A stretch of DNA of 64,000 nt from NCBI RefSeq assembly GCF_006345805.1, contig NC_043000.1, positions 58,466,001 through 58,530,000 of the forward strand, written 5' to 3'. Within the stretch, counting starts at the first letter, position 1; each line of letters begins with the position of its first letter. Origin of the DNA: Octopus sinensis (lineage: Eukaryota). This document shows positions 50,041-62,991 of the stretch, in pieces. The position numbers and the translations under genes were made by a program. The notes under the pieces were generated by a model. The model did not search any database. It saw nothing but the letters and a program-made list of their open reading frames with translations, and was not told where the DNA came from.

Positions 50041-51217
50041 TAAAATAGTAAAGAGTGAAAAAACGACAGAAGGCTTAAATGTTAAAAAATATATATATTT
50101 GCGTCAATATGTCTGAAGAATATTAGAAAATTTTTTAAACAAATTTTTTTTCCTTTATAATGACATAATTTTTAAAGAAAGACCGGTTTCGCATTTAGCT
50201 TTTCAAATTTCTTGTGACGTTATGTTTATGTTTAATAGAGTTATCCTTGTGTTTAAGGTAGTGGGTGATTTCTTCCAGTGTAAGGGAGATAATCGCTTAA
50301 ATTTTTTTTTCCTTTCCCTTAATGTGAATTTCTCTGTATCAGTATGTTCGGATGGTTGAGTCTGGGCTTGTACTTTTCAATGAAGAATGTTTCCTTGTTT
50401 AGTCTAATTTGTGTTGATGATCCGAAAGCACATTGGTAAAATGGAAAGATTAAAAATTGTGGTAGTAGTTGCTTTGCGCATTTCTCAATGTGCTCACTAA
50501 AAGGTATCATTCTATATTCTGGGAATGCAATCTGTTGTCGATGCAGTGTGCATCTACGTCTGAGTGATAGTCCCGTGGAACCCACGTAGTCTTGGTGGCA
50601 GCCCAGGCATTTTATGACATAAATTATGTTTTCAGAGGCACAAGTAAAGTTAGATTTGATCTTGAATTTCTGTCCTTCTTTAAAGAGGAATTCTGATCCT
50701 TCTAGCAGGTTAGGACATGTTGCACAGTTCGATCTACCACATTTTTTTACTTTTGCATCCGTAATTTCAGAAGACAATTTTGCCTTTGTGAGAATCTTTT
50801 TAAGTGATTTAGGCTGTTTGTAGCTTTTAATGATTTGGTGTATGTTTAGAATTTCCTTTAATTTGGGGTTTTTATGAAGTATTGGTAAATTCTGGGTGAT
50901 GATGGTGAAGGCTTCTTTGTTTCTGGGGTTGTATGTAGATATGTAAGGTAGTATTTTCGGGGAAGGTGTGTTGTTGTGTTGAACTTTTCTTAAAGTTTCT
51001 ATGTTGATTTCTGTTGCACGTCTGATCCCATCCTCTATGAGTTGAGCTGGGTAATGTCTGTCAATTAGGGTGTTTTTGAGTTCTTGCAGTCTAAAGTTCC
51101 TGGTATTTTGTTCTCATATATATATATATTTTAACATTTAAGCCTTCTGTCGTTTTTTCACTCTTTACTATTTTTTATATATTCACCCACGTGCTTTCAC
51201 AAACCAACTTTCTTATC
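50041..51217 (-). mobile_element. Young 5'-truncated Penelope-like element, copy 1
   Basis: Stop-free frame 51113 to 50319 (264 aa, no ATG): RT C-terminus, CxxxxCxxC linker and GIY-YIG (IIYVIKC..C.QDYVGSTG..LRRR...H; RLNKETFFIEKYKPRLN). ~60-bp inverted repeat 50041-50100 / 51116-51181; (TA)n flanks. Confidence 0.92.
50175..50213 (-). ncRNA. Minimal hammerhead candidate, U3-A8 core (second copy at 51378-51416)
   Basis: AAGAAA-U-UUGAAAA-GC(UAAAU)GC-GAA-ACCGGU-C-UUUCUU in the Penelope 3' UTR, sense orientation, GUC site. Confidence 0.55.
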
Positions 51218-51244
<27 letters not shown>

Positions 51245-51250
<6 letters not shown>

Positions 51251-52417
51251 GTAAAGAGTGAAAAAACGACAGAAGGCTTAAATGTTAAAAAATATATATA
51301 TTTGCGTCAATATGTCTGAAGAATATTAGAAAATTTTTTAAACAAATTTTTTTTCCTTTATAATGACATAATTTTTAAAGAAAGACCGGTTTCGCATTTA
51401 GCTTTTCAAATTTCTTGTGACGTTATGTTTATGTTTAATAGAGTTATCCTTGTGTTTAAGGTAGTGGGTGATTTCTTCCAGTGTAAGGGAGATAATCGCT
51501 TAAATTTTTTTTTCCTTTCCCTTAATGTGAATTTCTCTGTATCAGTATGTTCGGATGGTTGAGTCTGGGCTTGTACTTTTCAATGAAGAATGTTTCCTTG
51601 TTTAGTCTAATTTGTGTTGATGATCCGAAAGCACATTGGTAAAATGGAAAGATTAAAAATTGTGGTAGTAGTTGCTTTGCGCATTTCTCAATGTGCTCAC
51701 TAAAAGGTATCATTCTATATTCTGGGAATGCAATCTGTTGTCGATGCAGTGTGCATCTACGTCTGAGTGATAGTCCCGTGGAACCCACGTAGTCTTGGTG
51801 GCAGCCAGGCATTTTATGACATAAATTATGTTTTCAGAGGCACAAGTAAAGTTAGATTTGATCTTGAATTTCTGTCCTTCTTTAAAGAGGAATTCTGATC
51901 CTTCTAGCAGGTTAGGACATGTTGCACAGTTCGATCTACCACATTTTTTTACTTTTGCATCCGTAATTTCAGAAGACAATTTTGCCTTTGTGAGAATCTT
52001 TTTAAGTGATTTAGGCTGTTTGTAGCTTTTAATGATTTGGTGTATGTTTAGAATTTCCTTTAATTTGGGGTTTTTATGAAGTATTGGTAAATTCTGGGTG
52101 ATGATGGTGAAGGCTTCTTTGTTTCTGGGGTTGTATGTAGATATGTAAGGTAGTATTTTCGGGGAAGGTGTGTTGTTGTGTTGAACTTTTCTTAAAGTTT
52201 CTATGTTGATTTCTGTTGCACGTCTGATCCCATCCTCTATGAGTTGAGCTGGGTAATGTCTGTCAATTAGGGTGTTTTTGAGTTCTTGCAGTCTAAAGTT
52301 CCTGGTATTTTGTTCTCATATATATATATATTTTAACATTTAAGCCTTCTGTCGTTTTTTCACTCTTTACTATTTTTTATATATTCACCCACGTGCTTTC
52401 ACAAACCAACTTTCTTA

Positions 52418-52419
<2 letters not shown>
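51245..52419 (-). mobile_element. Penelope-like element, tandem copy 2
   Basis: Near-identical to copy 1 at offset 1202-1203; a 1-bp deletion near 51805 (GCAGCCAGGC vs GCAGCCCAGGC) splits the GIY-YIG frame. Confidence 0.92.
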
Positions 52420-52462
<43 letters not shown>

Positions 52463-52917
52463 GTGTAAACAGGTTGAATGCAGATTCGTCCTTTTAATTT
52501 GGAGGTTTCCCAAAAAAGATTTCTAATGTTGATTCTTCATATTTTGCTGGTAGTTTACAGGCGTAACTTTGCGAAAATATGAAAGTAGTACTTGTATATA
52601 ATGTATAATGAATTTATGAAAGAAATCCTGTAAAACTGAACAATTTAGCTAAAAATGGAGAAGACAAGTTGTTAAAAAATATAAGAAAATTTTAATTCAT
52701 GCAGACGATCGTTTTGTACAGAGATATAAAAATAATGCAAATTCATGATTGAATTAAATTAAATTAATTAAATAAATTAATTAATTATATATATCATTGC
52801 ACTCTTCAGTGCAAGTACATTGATATATTATTCATTTATTTTATTGAATTTAATTCAATTCAGCCATGAATTTGCATTATTTTTGTATCTGTGACCGAAA
52901 CGATCGTCTGCATGAAT

Positions 52918-53044
<127 letters not shown>

Positions 53045-53139
53045 GAGTAAAGAGTATATATATATATATATATATACAAGAAAAATATGTAAAAACGCCC
53101 AGGAGGTTTGTATAATAAAATTTAGGCAAATATTAATAT

Positions 53140-53700
53140 CATAATGGAATAAAGAGTTGTATTACAACATTATATAATAAAATAAACTGGACGTACCGGT
53201 TTCGCGTCTTACGCTTATCAAACTTCCAAAGTCTCAGTTTTAATTCATGGGAACGTCATTTTTGTTGTTGGCAATAATTTTTGCAATCAAGGGATGTAAC
53301 TATTCAATTTATCTGAAAATTACAAGTTACTTTCAAAGTATTGTTAGGGTCTTTGGACTGATATTCTTAATTATACAGGTATGTGAGATATATACACAAG
53401 TATTAGGGGGTTATTTACAAATACTTCAAGGGTGGAGAGAAGAATTGATAGTTGTTCTGTTCTAGTGGGGGCTGGTTGTTACTAAAATGAATTAATGTTC
53501 AGTTCTGGTTTATATTTCTGGATGAATGAGGCTTCTTTATTAAGACGAGCTTGTGTTGAGATCCAGTCAGCAAATTTGAACAGAGGAAATATATAGAACT
53601 GTGGTCGCAATTGTTTAGCACATAAGTCAATACGTTCGCTGAGATATATCTGGCGATATTGTGGTGAAGCTATTTGTTGCTGGTGCACTGTACAGCGGCG
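53140..53700 (-). mobile_element. Third Penelope-like fragment (GIY-YIG C-terminus and 3' UTR)
   Basis: ORF 53482-53688 HQQQIASPQYRQI...QFYIFPLFK...RLNKEASFIQKYKPELN is paralogous to the 50.3-kb ORF; abuts (TA)n. Confidence 0.8.
53189..53227 (-). ncRNA. Minimal hammerhead candidate, U3-A8 core
   Basis: GGAAG-U-UUGAUAA-GCGU(AAG)ACGC-GAA-ACCGGU-A-CGUCC; stem II 4 bp; stem I has one mismatch. Confidence 0.55.
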
Positions 53701-53749
53701 GTGGATAGAATTTCCTGTACTTCCAACATAATCTTTTTGGCAACAGGAC

Positions 53750-54148
53750 TCTGCACCATGTCACACAAGCAGGAGAACATAGTCATGGCTGTCAGACAAT
53801 ATCTGCGACCACACCACCTCTAACACCTGTCCACCTAACTCCCTAGATTGCAACCCCCTTGATTATTATGTGTGCGGTGCTGTTGAGCGAGAGACTAACA
53901 AGACTCCTTGTAATACCAAACATGAACTGAAGGCAAGGATTATGGCAGCGTTCACCAACTTAAACAAGGAGAACGTCCAAAAGAGTTGCAGGAGATTCCG
54001 AGGTTGTCTGGAGGTTGTGGTTGAAGCCTATGACGATTTTATTTAATAAATTTACTTGTTAGTATTTCAAGATATTTTTATGTAATATTGGTAAATATAC
54101 GTGTTAAAATGAGATGTCATTGTAGACAGCAATTTATTCACCGCACCC

Positions 54149-54150
<2 letters not shown>
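53750..54150 (+). mobile_element. Tc1/mariner (maT-like) 3' fragment
   Basis: SxDCNPLDYYVCGAVERETNKTPCNTKHELKARI, plus a TIR-like end CACCGCACCCTG. Confidence 0.7.
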
Positions 54151-54180
<30 letters not shown>

Positions 54181-54183
54181 CAT

Positions 54184-55323
54184 GTATATATATACCCGAG
54201 TAATAGTCGATTCAATCTCATTTAAAAGTCGACCCTCCTATTTTGGGCCAAAAAATTGAAAATTTTCCATAGACCCCGTATAAAAGTCGGCCCTAATATT
54301 TCACGAACAACAGGACAACATTTGTGGACCAAGGTACCATATTATCCTGTACGTAGAAATAACAGTTACAAAATTGTGTGGCTACATTACTGTAGCCTGT
54401 TCTAGAGGTGGAATGCCTGGTGCTTATAATGGATACCATTTAATAGCGAGCACTACACATCTGGTGATGGGTGCTACATTACCACTACTAAAATGTTTGC
54501 TCAGGATATGTCGCAAGCCTGCATACATCTCAAAGCACAATAAACATATGTATCATACACTCGTTGTTTACATGGAGAGGAATGTGTTTCACAAACAACA
54601 TTATTGGCGAACACTGGCAAACGCCACTGTCTGAATTCGTACAATGGCATTACTTTGATAAGCCTAAAAACATTCAGTTAATCGCTGGATCAGTGATTCC
54701 CACGCGACCATTATATTTTCGTCATTTCCAAACAAAATAAATACATGCATCATACGCTCGTCTATTTACACGGTGAGAAACGTGTTTCACAGACAGCACT
54801 ATCGGCGAACAACAGCAAACACCACTGTATGAATTCGTACAGAGGTATGACTTCGGTAAGCCTAAAAACATTTAGTTAATCGTTGGTTCAGTGGTTTCCA
54901 AACTTATTTTGCCGCAGAATCCTTCGACATTATTTTTAAAAACGTGGGACCCCTGATAATATTCAGGGAACGCTGAGATTTTTCAGAACACATTTTGAGC
55001 ATCCCTGCTCCAGATTAACAACACACCACATTATGGACATTTACTGGTAACTGCAAATGAGAGCTACGTGTTCTTTTTTTATGGGTTTTGTTATTTATTA
55101 GGATGCGTGTTTTGATGCCGAGAATTGGTAATATTACTGTAATTCATTGTGTTTTTGTTTTTATTCGCTTAGAGATCAGTTGGGCTTCTGCTGCTGATAC
55201 GGTATTTCGGATTCTAGCTTGAATTTCAGCCCCTCAAAAGTAGTATCCATGTAATAGTCGATCTCATAAATTTGACCTTGAAAAATGCTCTTAAAAATTC
55301 GACTTTTACACGAGTATATACGG
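54184..55323. mobile_element. pogo/Tigger-like non-autonomous element
   Basis: Ends GTATATATATACCCGAGTAATAGTCGA and TCGACTTTTACACGAGTATATACGG-TA; internal 198-bp-period duplication. Confidence 0.6.
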
Positions 55324-56299
55324 TATATCCGGGTCACAATGCACTTCCATTCTTCCTTTGGTTGCACCCTTCTCTTCAGTTTGGGTCCGAATTTTCCAAC
55401 AGTTTTAGAGATGATATTTCTAGCATAACTCTTTTCATGGCTCTACCTGTTGTAACTAGCCGATGTAGCGCATGTCTTATTTGGGAATTAGAGCGCATGT
55501 AGAACTCTGTTATTGCAGAGATTAGCGCGCAGAGCTTTGTCCAGCCACGCTTGAGTAGATCTTTAATTGAAGCAAATGCCTTCTGTTTTTGCTCTTACTC
55601 TTCACAAAATTCCAGCTCATGTCTCGGTAGATATCAAATCTCTATCTTAAATACGCATACTCCTACACCGCTTCAATTTTAAAGCTTTCAGTCACTATTC
55701 AGCCTTGTGATACACTTTCGGTCCGCATGCATTTTGTTTTCATGCAGTTTATTATGAGGTCTACTGTTGAACTTTGGGTTCTTGCTCAGTCAGCATGGTC
55801 TGAGGTTTTAGCTGCGCTGGATTAACCCATTGAACAAAATAAGCACGTGCTTAGGGCATCAAGGGACGGGGGCACCGCAGAAATGAAAATGGTTTACGGC
55901 ACGAAAGAAATCACTTTAAACTTGCTAAAATAATATTCATAATACCTTATCTCTACTAAGTACAGAGGCAAGAGTTTTACGTAAAATTAATTTTAACGAT
56001 TACATCGAACACGAAGGAGAAGACGTTTCAAATATAAGTGAAAGCATACAAAAATAAACATTATTTTCCATCTTACCGTGAATATTGTTTCATTTTGGAA
56101 AACAAAAATTTATTTTATGGTTTATTATTGTTTACATTTTGAATTATTTTTGTTTACATTTTGAACCTTTTACATATACTTGAGGACACCAAAACCTTTC
56201 AAGTGCTTAGAACCTCCATGGGTCTTAATCCGGCCGTGGGTTTTAGTGACGAGAAAAATGTTTTCTGCAAATGGGAGATGTGTTAGAAGCTCGCTGTTG

Positions 56300-56790
56300 A
56301 TGGTGACATCTTTTCAATCATTATCTCTGAAGATGATTTCGATACATGCAGTAAAGATATTTGGAAAGACGGTGTCGTCTTTTTGATGCCCCTGCCGACT
56401 GGAGCTGTTATGGGTGGTGACAGTAAAGCTATACCAGACCAAACCCCCAGGAAAACTGAGGAAAGGGATCGTGTTTCATCAGGACAATGCTCCAGCACAC
56501 AAGTCCTGGGTTTCAATGGCTGCTGTGCATGACTATGGTTTTGAACTGGCGATCCCTATTCTCCTGATGTGCCCCCATCTGACTATAATCTCTGTTTCCC
56601 AGCATGAAAAAAACACTTGGATGAGGACCAGTATCGTAGTGATGATGACATCATTTCTGCTGATGATGACTTTTTGACCAACATGAAAAAAGCTTCATCA
56701 TAAATGAGATCCAAAACCTGGAAGAAGTGTATGGACCCTAAGGGGGACTATCTAGAAAAATGCACTTCATTTGGTCACATTCTGCAACCT
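56300..56790 (+). mobile_element. Decayed mariner transposase catalytic fragment
   Basis: KLRKGIVFHQDNAPAH, a degenerate YSPD.PPSD.NLFP and WKKCM..KGDYLEK across frames. Confidence 0.75.
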
Positions 56791-57254
56791 AGTCGGCCGT
56801 GACAAGAAATGTGTTTAAAGTGCTGTTCCAGCCGTCTCCTTCAATCAGAAATAACAAAAGTTGGCAGGTCAACTTACTGGGTGTATAATAACGATATACT
56901 AAAATTACAATAATCTACCTGTATTGTATATTTGTATCCCAACCACAAGGGGTCGATGCTAGGTGGGTCGAAACAATTGTAGTAATCAATAAAGATTCTC
57001 CTATCTTCCGTCTCTCTCATTAATCAAATACTCAACGAACAGTAAAGCCAGTGAACGCGATTTACCAGCAAACTACAAACCATACAATTTTTAAACCATA
57101 CATACATACATACATACATACATACTTACGTATAGCCATCAATGAAATTCCAACTAAGTCTGATTTTCCCGTTTTATTATTTGAAAGTTTTACAATTATT
57201 TTATCGTAAATTTTTTTTCCTATTAACAATTTTTGTTTCAGTGTTGTAAAATTG

Positions 57255-57830
57255 TGAAGCGGCGAGCTGGCAGAAACGTTAGCACGCCGGGCGAAATGCA
57301 TAGCGGTATTTTGTCCGCCGTAACGTTCTGAGTTCAAATTCCGCCGAGGTCGACTTTGCCTTTCATCCTTTCGGGGTCGATAAATTAAGTACCAGTTACG
57401 CACTGGGGTCGATATAATCGACTTAATCCGTTTGTCTGTCCTTGTTTGTCCTCTCTGTGTTTAGCCCCTTGTGGGTAGTAAAGAAATAGAAATAGGTATT
57501 TCGTCTGCCGTTAGGTTCTGAGTTCAAATTGCGCCGAGGTCGACTTTGCTTTTCATCCTTTCGGGGTCGATAAATTAAGTACCCTTTACGCACTGGGATC
57601 GGTGTAACCGACTTAATCCGTTTGTCTGTCCTTGTTTGTCCCCTCTATGTTTGGCCCCTTGTGGGCAATAAAGAAATAAGAAACGTTAGCACGCTGAGCG
57701 AAATGCTTAGCGGTATTTTGTCTGTCTTTACGTTCTGAGTTCAAATTCCGCCGAGGTCCACTTTGCCTTTTATTCTTTCGGGGTCGATAAATTAAGTGCC
57801 AGTTGCGTACTGTAGTCGATCTAATCGACT
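57255..57830 (+). mobile_element. Head-to-tail trimer of family B SINE units
   Basis: Head GGCGAGCTGGCAGAAACGTTAGC and three GAGTTCAAATT..GCCGAGGTC cores joined by a conserved TTAATCCGTTTGTCTGTCCTTGTTTGTC linker. Confidence 0.8.
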
Positions 57831-58094
57831 GAGCCCCTCCCAAAAATTTCTGGCCTTGTGCTGAGTGAAGAAAAAAAATATTGTAAACATTTCAAATGAT
57901 AAAACGTAAAAATCAGACTTAGTTGAAATTTCAATGATTAATATATTCTTCTATACACAATCACACACACTCGGATAAATAAACATACATACATACATGC
58001 ATGCATGCATGCATACATACATACATACATACATACATACATACATACATACATACATACATACATACATACATACATACATGCATGCATACAT

Positions 58095-58369
58095 ACATAT
58101 GTGGCTGGAAGAAATCCGAAAAAGTTATTGCTCTGCGTTACATCCAAGACATACAACATTGCTGACGAAACTCTTGCAACTGTGATCCAGAAACTCCTGA
58201 ATGGAAAAGCACTTGGAAGAGACTTGATTGTTGGATATTGGTACAAGAAGCCAACATTTTACCGACCATATCTTATCAATCTGTACCAGCAAGCTTTTGT
58301 TGGGAACAGTAGCATAACACTCTGGCTAGCTCTACCAGAGACAAAAATTGATCTCCAAATGCAGAACCA
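58095..58369 (+). mobile_element. R4-like RT relic, left half (continues at 62998-63176)
   Basis: NGKALGRDLIVGYWYKK...ETK; continuation THMAKNYRPLA*QNLMYKIYT...NNIVTAEQAARKKGIWRCAEQLLINK. Confidence 0.75.
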
Positions 58370-61300
58370 ATTTCTTTATTATCCATAAGGATTAACACAG
58401 ATGGGGACAATACAATGATTTGGGGTCAAAAATGGAACTTTTTACAATGAAATCGGATGGATTATTTACAGTGAAATCGGATGGGTTATTTACAATGGAG
58501 TTATAATGAAAATGAAATCAAATAAGAACTAACAAACAAAAAGAGACAAATGAAGTTAAAAGAACAGGGTAGCCGACCCCACGAGCCCTGTCATTTCAGC
58601 TGAAACCTTTTGGCAGGTGATCATGGCGTGTTCATGCAGGGCCTTTCACACCCAGCATCCGTGCTACATGCATCCATCTTTTTTTGAATATAGACTTTGT
58701 CAGACACCTTTTCTCTAGCTCCACCTTCCTCTTCAGATGGAACCTGAAGGAGTTCGTTAGGGCGGTGCCAGAGATCATGGTGTCTGACATTATACCTTTC
58801 ACTCTAGTCTTCCATATAACCTCTTTCGCAACTGCTACTATCACGAGAAAGCAATGCTTACCTTCGTTCGTCATGAAACCAGGCGGGTCAATTTTAAAGA
58901 TTGACTCAGACGACAGCTGTACTTTTCCCTCGTCCGACAACAGGTGTTCGGCATAAACCCACACTTCCGAAATCTCCGGACATTTAACAATGGCGTGCAG
59001 GACTGTTTCCACATCCTGTCCGCATCTTGGACAGGCCGAAGGTCCACTGTGACCATGCCTTGTGAGTTTATCTTGAATGGGTAAGGCTCCTCTGTAACAC
59101 TGCCAGGCCAGGGACTTCTGAAAGTTATCCAGCGTCCCTGGTCTGAATGTCCTTTGGAACAGGCTGTCCAACTGATTACCATCGAGACCCAGGGTCCTTC
59201 CCAGAGTATCGTCATTTCCGGCCTCTACCAACCTGCTATAGAACGCTGCGGTTGTACCAAAGCCCACCGGCATTGCCCGAGCTGCGGAAGCGTACGAGAG
59301 CCTTCCGGCACTCCGAATACCACATACTTGATCTTAGTCTGCGACGAAACCAGGTTTCTCTACCACCAAAACTGGCATGCTGGGGAACGTCCGTTTTGCG
59401 AGCGGGGACCACACCCGTTCACCTTCCATGTAGAGCTAAAGATGCCTTAACCTCAGCGCATGTCTGCGCATCAACAGCCAAGGCATCCCTAACCCACCCT
59501 TTAACGGTTTTTGACAACAGATAGAACGTCTCACAAGAGGAGTGGAACCTTTCCACAAAAAGCGAAAGATTTGCCTCTCCAACTTGATCACCCACGAATC
59601 CGGACAGGGGACGACGGTTAGGCGGTATATGATGACCGATGCCATGAAAACATTGGCCACCTCCGCCCTTCCTTTCAAGGATAGCCACCGCCAAGACCAA
59701 GTCTTGACCGCGTGAGCCACCTTGCTCGTGACTTCGGACCGGTTCTTTTCTATCTGGAGGCCTGGACCAAACCAGACCCCTAGCAATTTAACCGGGCCCT
59801 CCGTCCAGCATCCCACGATGCTGTTCGAAGGCATCGGCTTGCCAACCCAGATGCCGAGTTGCAAGCCGACTGACTTTTCCCGGTTGATTTTTGCTCCTGT
59901 CACCGCCTCGTACTCCTTGATGGTGTTTCCTACATTCTGTAGGGGTTCCACCTCGGTCACGATGATGGTGATATCGTCCGCATACGCAGTAACAGAACCT
60001 CCACCTCCTGGGTTTGTCGGGATGACGCTCAGCTTTCGCAGTAATGGCTCGAGGGCCATCACGTATAAAAGCGGGGAGAGCGGACACCCTTGACGAACTG
60101 ACTGTTTGATGTGGAATGGCCTAGAAAGCAGACCATTCACCCGTACAATTGAGTCGATGTTGTCGTATAGCTGTGTGATCCACCCGAGGAAGCCGGCACC
60201 CAGCCCGAACTGTGCGAGCACAGACACCAGGTAACGATGGTTTACCCTATCGAATGCTTTACTCTGGTCTAAGTGGACCAGTGCCCCACCCTTGCCAGTG
60301 TTATTCTCAAACCCTTCTATGGTGTAACGTATGAGGTGAAGATTGTCCTGAATAGTTCTTTTGGGGACTGCACAGGTTTGTGCCTCCCCGATCAGATCTT
60401 TCGCGACACGCGTCAACCTTTTCGTCAATAACTTGGCCAAAATCTTCACCTCTGCGTTTAGCAGGGTGATGGGCCTAAAATTATCTATTCTGTCCCCCTT
60501 GCCCGGGTCTTTCCTTATCAGCGTCACCACTCCCCGGCGTACAGATCTGGGGATCCTCCCATTCTGATTCCAGTTCGCGAAGACGCTGGCCAATATTGGC
60601 CCGAACAAGTCTGGCATACTTCTATATAATTCGTAGGGTAAACCATCGAGTCCCGGTGCCTTACCTCTGCCACAGTCAGCTATGGCCTCCGTAACCTCCT
60701 CAAGTGTGATTGACCCTTCACAGCTCTCCGCCCCCCACTCCGAGAGGCGCGGCAACCCGGCGAGGAGTCCCGTGAGGTCCACCCCTTCATCCGGACCACC
60801 CCCGCCCCCGAAAAGGTGGGCGAAGTGCTCCTGAAAGGTTCGACACATCTCCTCTGGTTTGCTTACCACATCGCCCTTCTCGTTCGTCACAGACTTAACT
60901 GTGGAATCGTTTCCGTGTTGAGCCTCCACAACTCGTGCCCATCCAGCGGCCTTAGTACCCTCGCTTCCCATTGCGCGGATTCTAGCCCTGACGATACAAC
61001 CCATGTGTTCGGCTTCGAGGTGCTGATTCAATCCCAGTCTCTTCGCTTGCACTTGGGTCCCGTCGCCAGACCTTATGGCTTCTTCTAGAGCTTTAGCTAG
61101 TCCCTCTTCTTTCTTACGCCTTTTCTTTGCTAGTCCTATGCTATATCTGATGGACTCGTATTTTATGGCTCTCTTGAGCGCTAACCACCATTTATTGTTG
61201 AGAATGGAACCGGTTAACGCCCTCTGGTGTAGTAACCTAATCCGGTTTCTGTACTCCTCAATCGCCAGAAGGGACTTATTGAGTTTCCAGTAACCGGATC

Positions 61301-62991
61301 CTCTTCTACATACGTTATCTAAGTACAGCTTACTCGTGACCATCTTGTGGTCGCTGTAGCTGACCAAGTGGAACAGTGGACACTTAACTATGTCTTTGTC
61401 TAGTTTCCTAATGAGAATCCTATCTATATAAGATTTAGAAGACCCGTCGCTATTTGACCACGTCCACAGTGGAGCATTCGGAAATTCCATTCTGTGTGGA
61501 TCTACTAGCTGGAAGCGACTCAGCAGATCACGGAAGCCACTGTTAGGTGTCCTAATGTTTTTGGAGCCACCACTATCGACACGCGCATCGACGATAGCGT
61601 TAAAGTCCCCTAGCATCACTATGGATTTTGACGTCCCTAAAAATTTCTCCAGGGCCCGAAAGAAATCAGTCTGCTGTGTTTGGGATGCGTACACCGCCAC
61701 CAGCCTGATCTCCTTACCACAACTGAATGTCAGATCCACAACGACCAGTCTGCCCTCTGGGTCAACAAAAATCACCTTTTTCTCCGAAACTCTATTCCTT
61801 TTAAGTAGGACCAACACCCCACTTCCGCCCCCCCCCCTGCCGACATGGAGAGATATATCTCTCATAGCCATTTAGGAACGGGAGTAGATCTCTTGGCCCT
61901 TTTAACCGAGTTTCAGTAGCTACAACAATATCTAAATTGTGTGACCTGATGTCATTCAGAAAACGCCCCTGTTTCCAGTTCGTCATCAGGCCACGCACAT
62001 TTATACAGCCTACTTGAACAGCCATAAATCACTTACCTTGCTCCTTCTGATTTCGGGCGGGGGGTAACCGCCTCCTCTTCGACCGGGTCTCGTGGGTTCG
62101 GCTGGATCAGGCCCTCGTACAGGCGGTTCGAGACCTCCATCCGCAGAGGGCCCACATCCTTCCTGAAATCGTTCGCCAGCACATTATAGGCTTTGTGATT
62201 TATTTTATAGATCTTTATTAGATCCTTCTTTAGCTGGTCTTCCACCTCTATCTCTTGTAGGTGCTGTGTTTCTACGCGTCGCATCACCTCGCTGTCAACC
62301 GTCCGGATCGCGACGAAAGCGTTGTTGCTGTTCTCCGGCTTTTTTGCCTTTTTAATGTCCCGTTTTCTTCCTTCGGCTTTTCCTTTTTCCGGGGATGGAT
62401 TTCTGTGCTTTCTTTCTGAAGCAGCGGCTGTCCATCCCTCCCCTTCTTTCTCCTCTGGTGTTGATGTTGCTGGTTCTACTGTTGCTGGAGTAGCAGAGGT
62501 TTCGGCAGAGGTTGAGGGCTTTGCCGTTCTGCCTATTCCTGCCGGTTCACAGTTTTTTTCTGATGTGTCCCTTTTTTCCGCATAGGAAACACCTAGGTTG
62601 GCGACCTTCCACCATGACTGGCAGGCGGTTGTCACCGATATCTATCACCTCGGTGAACTCATCTAAGGTGGCTGGTTCGACCTGCAGTGTGATAGTTACT
62701 TTCTGGCTGACCCAGAATTTTGCCTCTTCCACCACCGCGCTGATTATATTTATTTTTTCCCTGAGGCCCGAGGTTGCAGCCGCCACCAGTCTCTCGGGCT
62801 CTATTTCGGGAGGGATCCTTGTGATCGTTACTTTTGTGGTCCTTCAGCCCATATATATAGGCAGGAGGAAAACCTCATCTGACTTCAGAGGTTCCACTGA
62901 GTGGAGTCTAGCTTCCTCCACTGTGCCGAACCTCACTTCGACCGTGGCAAACTTTTTCCCTCTGGAAATAAATTTTATTTTGTCCCATACG
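58370..62991 (-). mobile_element. Near full-length L1/Tx1-clade LINE (partial ORF1, APE-RT-zinc finger ORF2)
   Basis: ORF1 with a CFLCGKKGH zinc knuckle ends at 62033. ORF2 ATG at 62025 (MAVQVGCINVRGL), 811-aa frame with MLGDFN, SDH, QGCPLSP and YADD; C-terminal CPRC..ETVLHAIVKC; AATAAA at the 3' end; TSD GAACCA at 58364-69 and 62992-97; a few frameshifts and stops. Confidence 0.95.

Noticed and set aside
56940-56990. GAAACAATTGTA palindrome like a Penelope hammerhead stem III
   Set aside because: No CUGANGA/UUGANAA core upstream.
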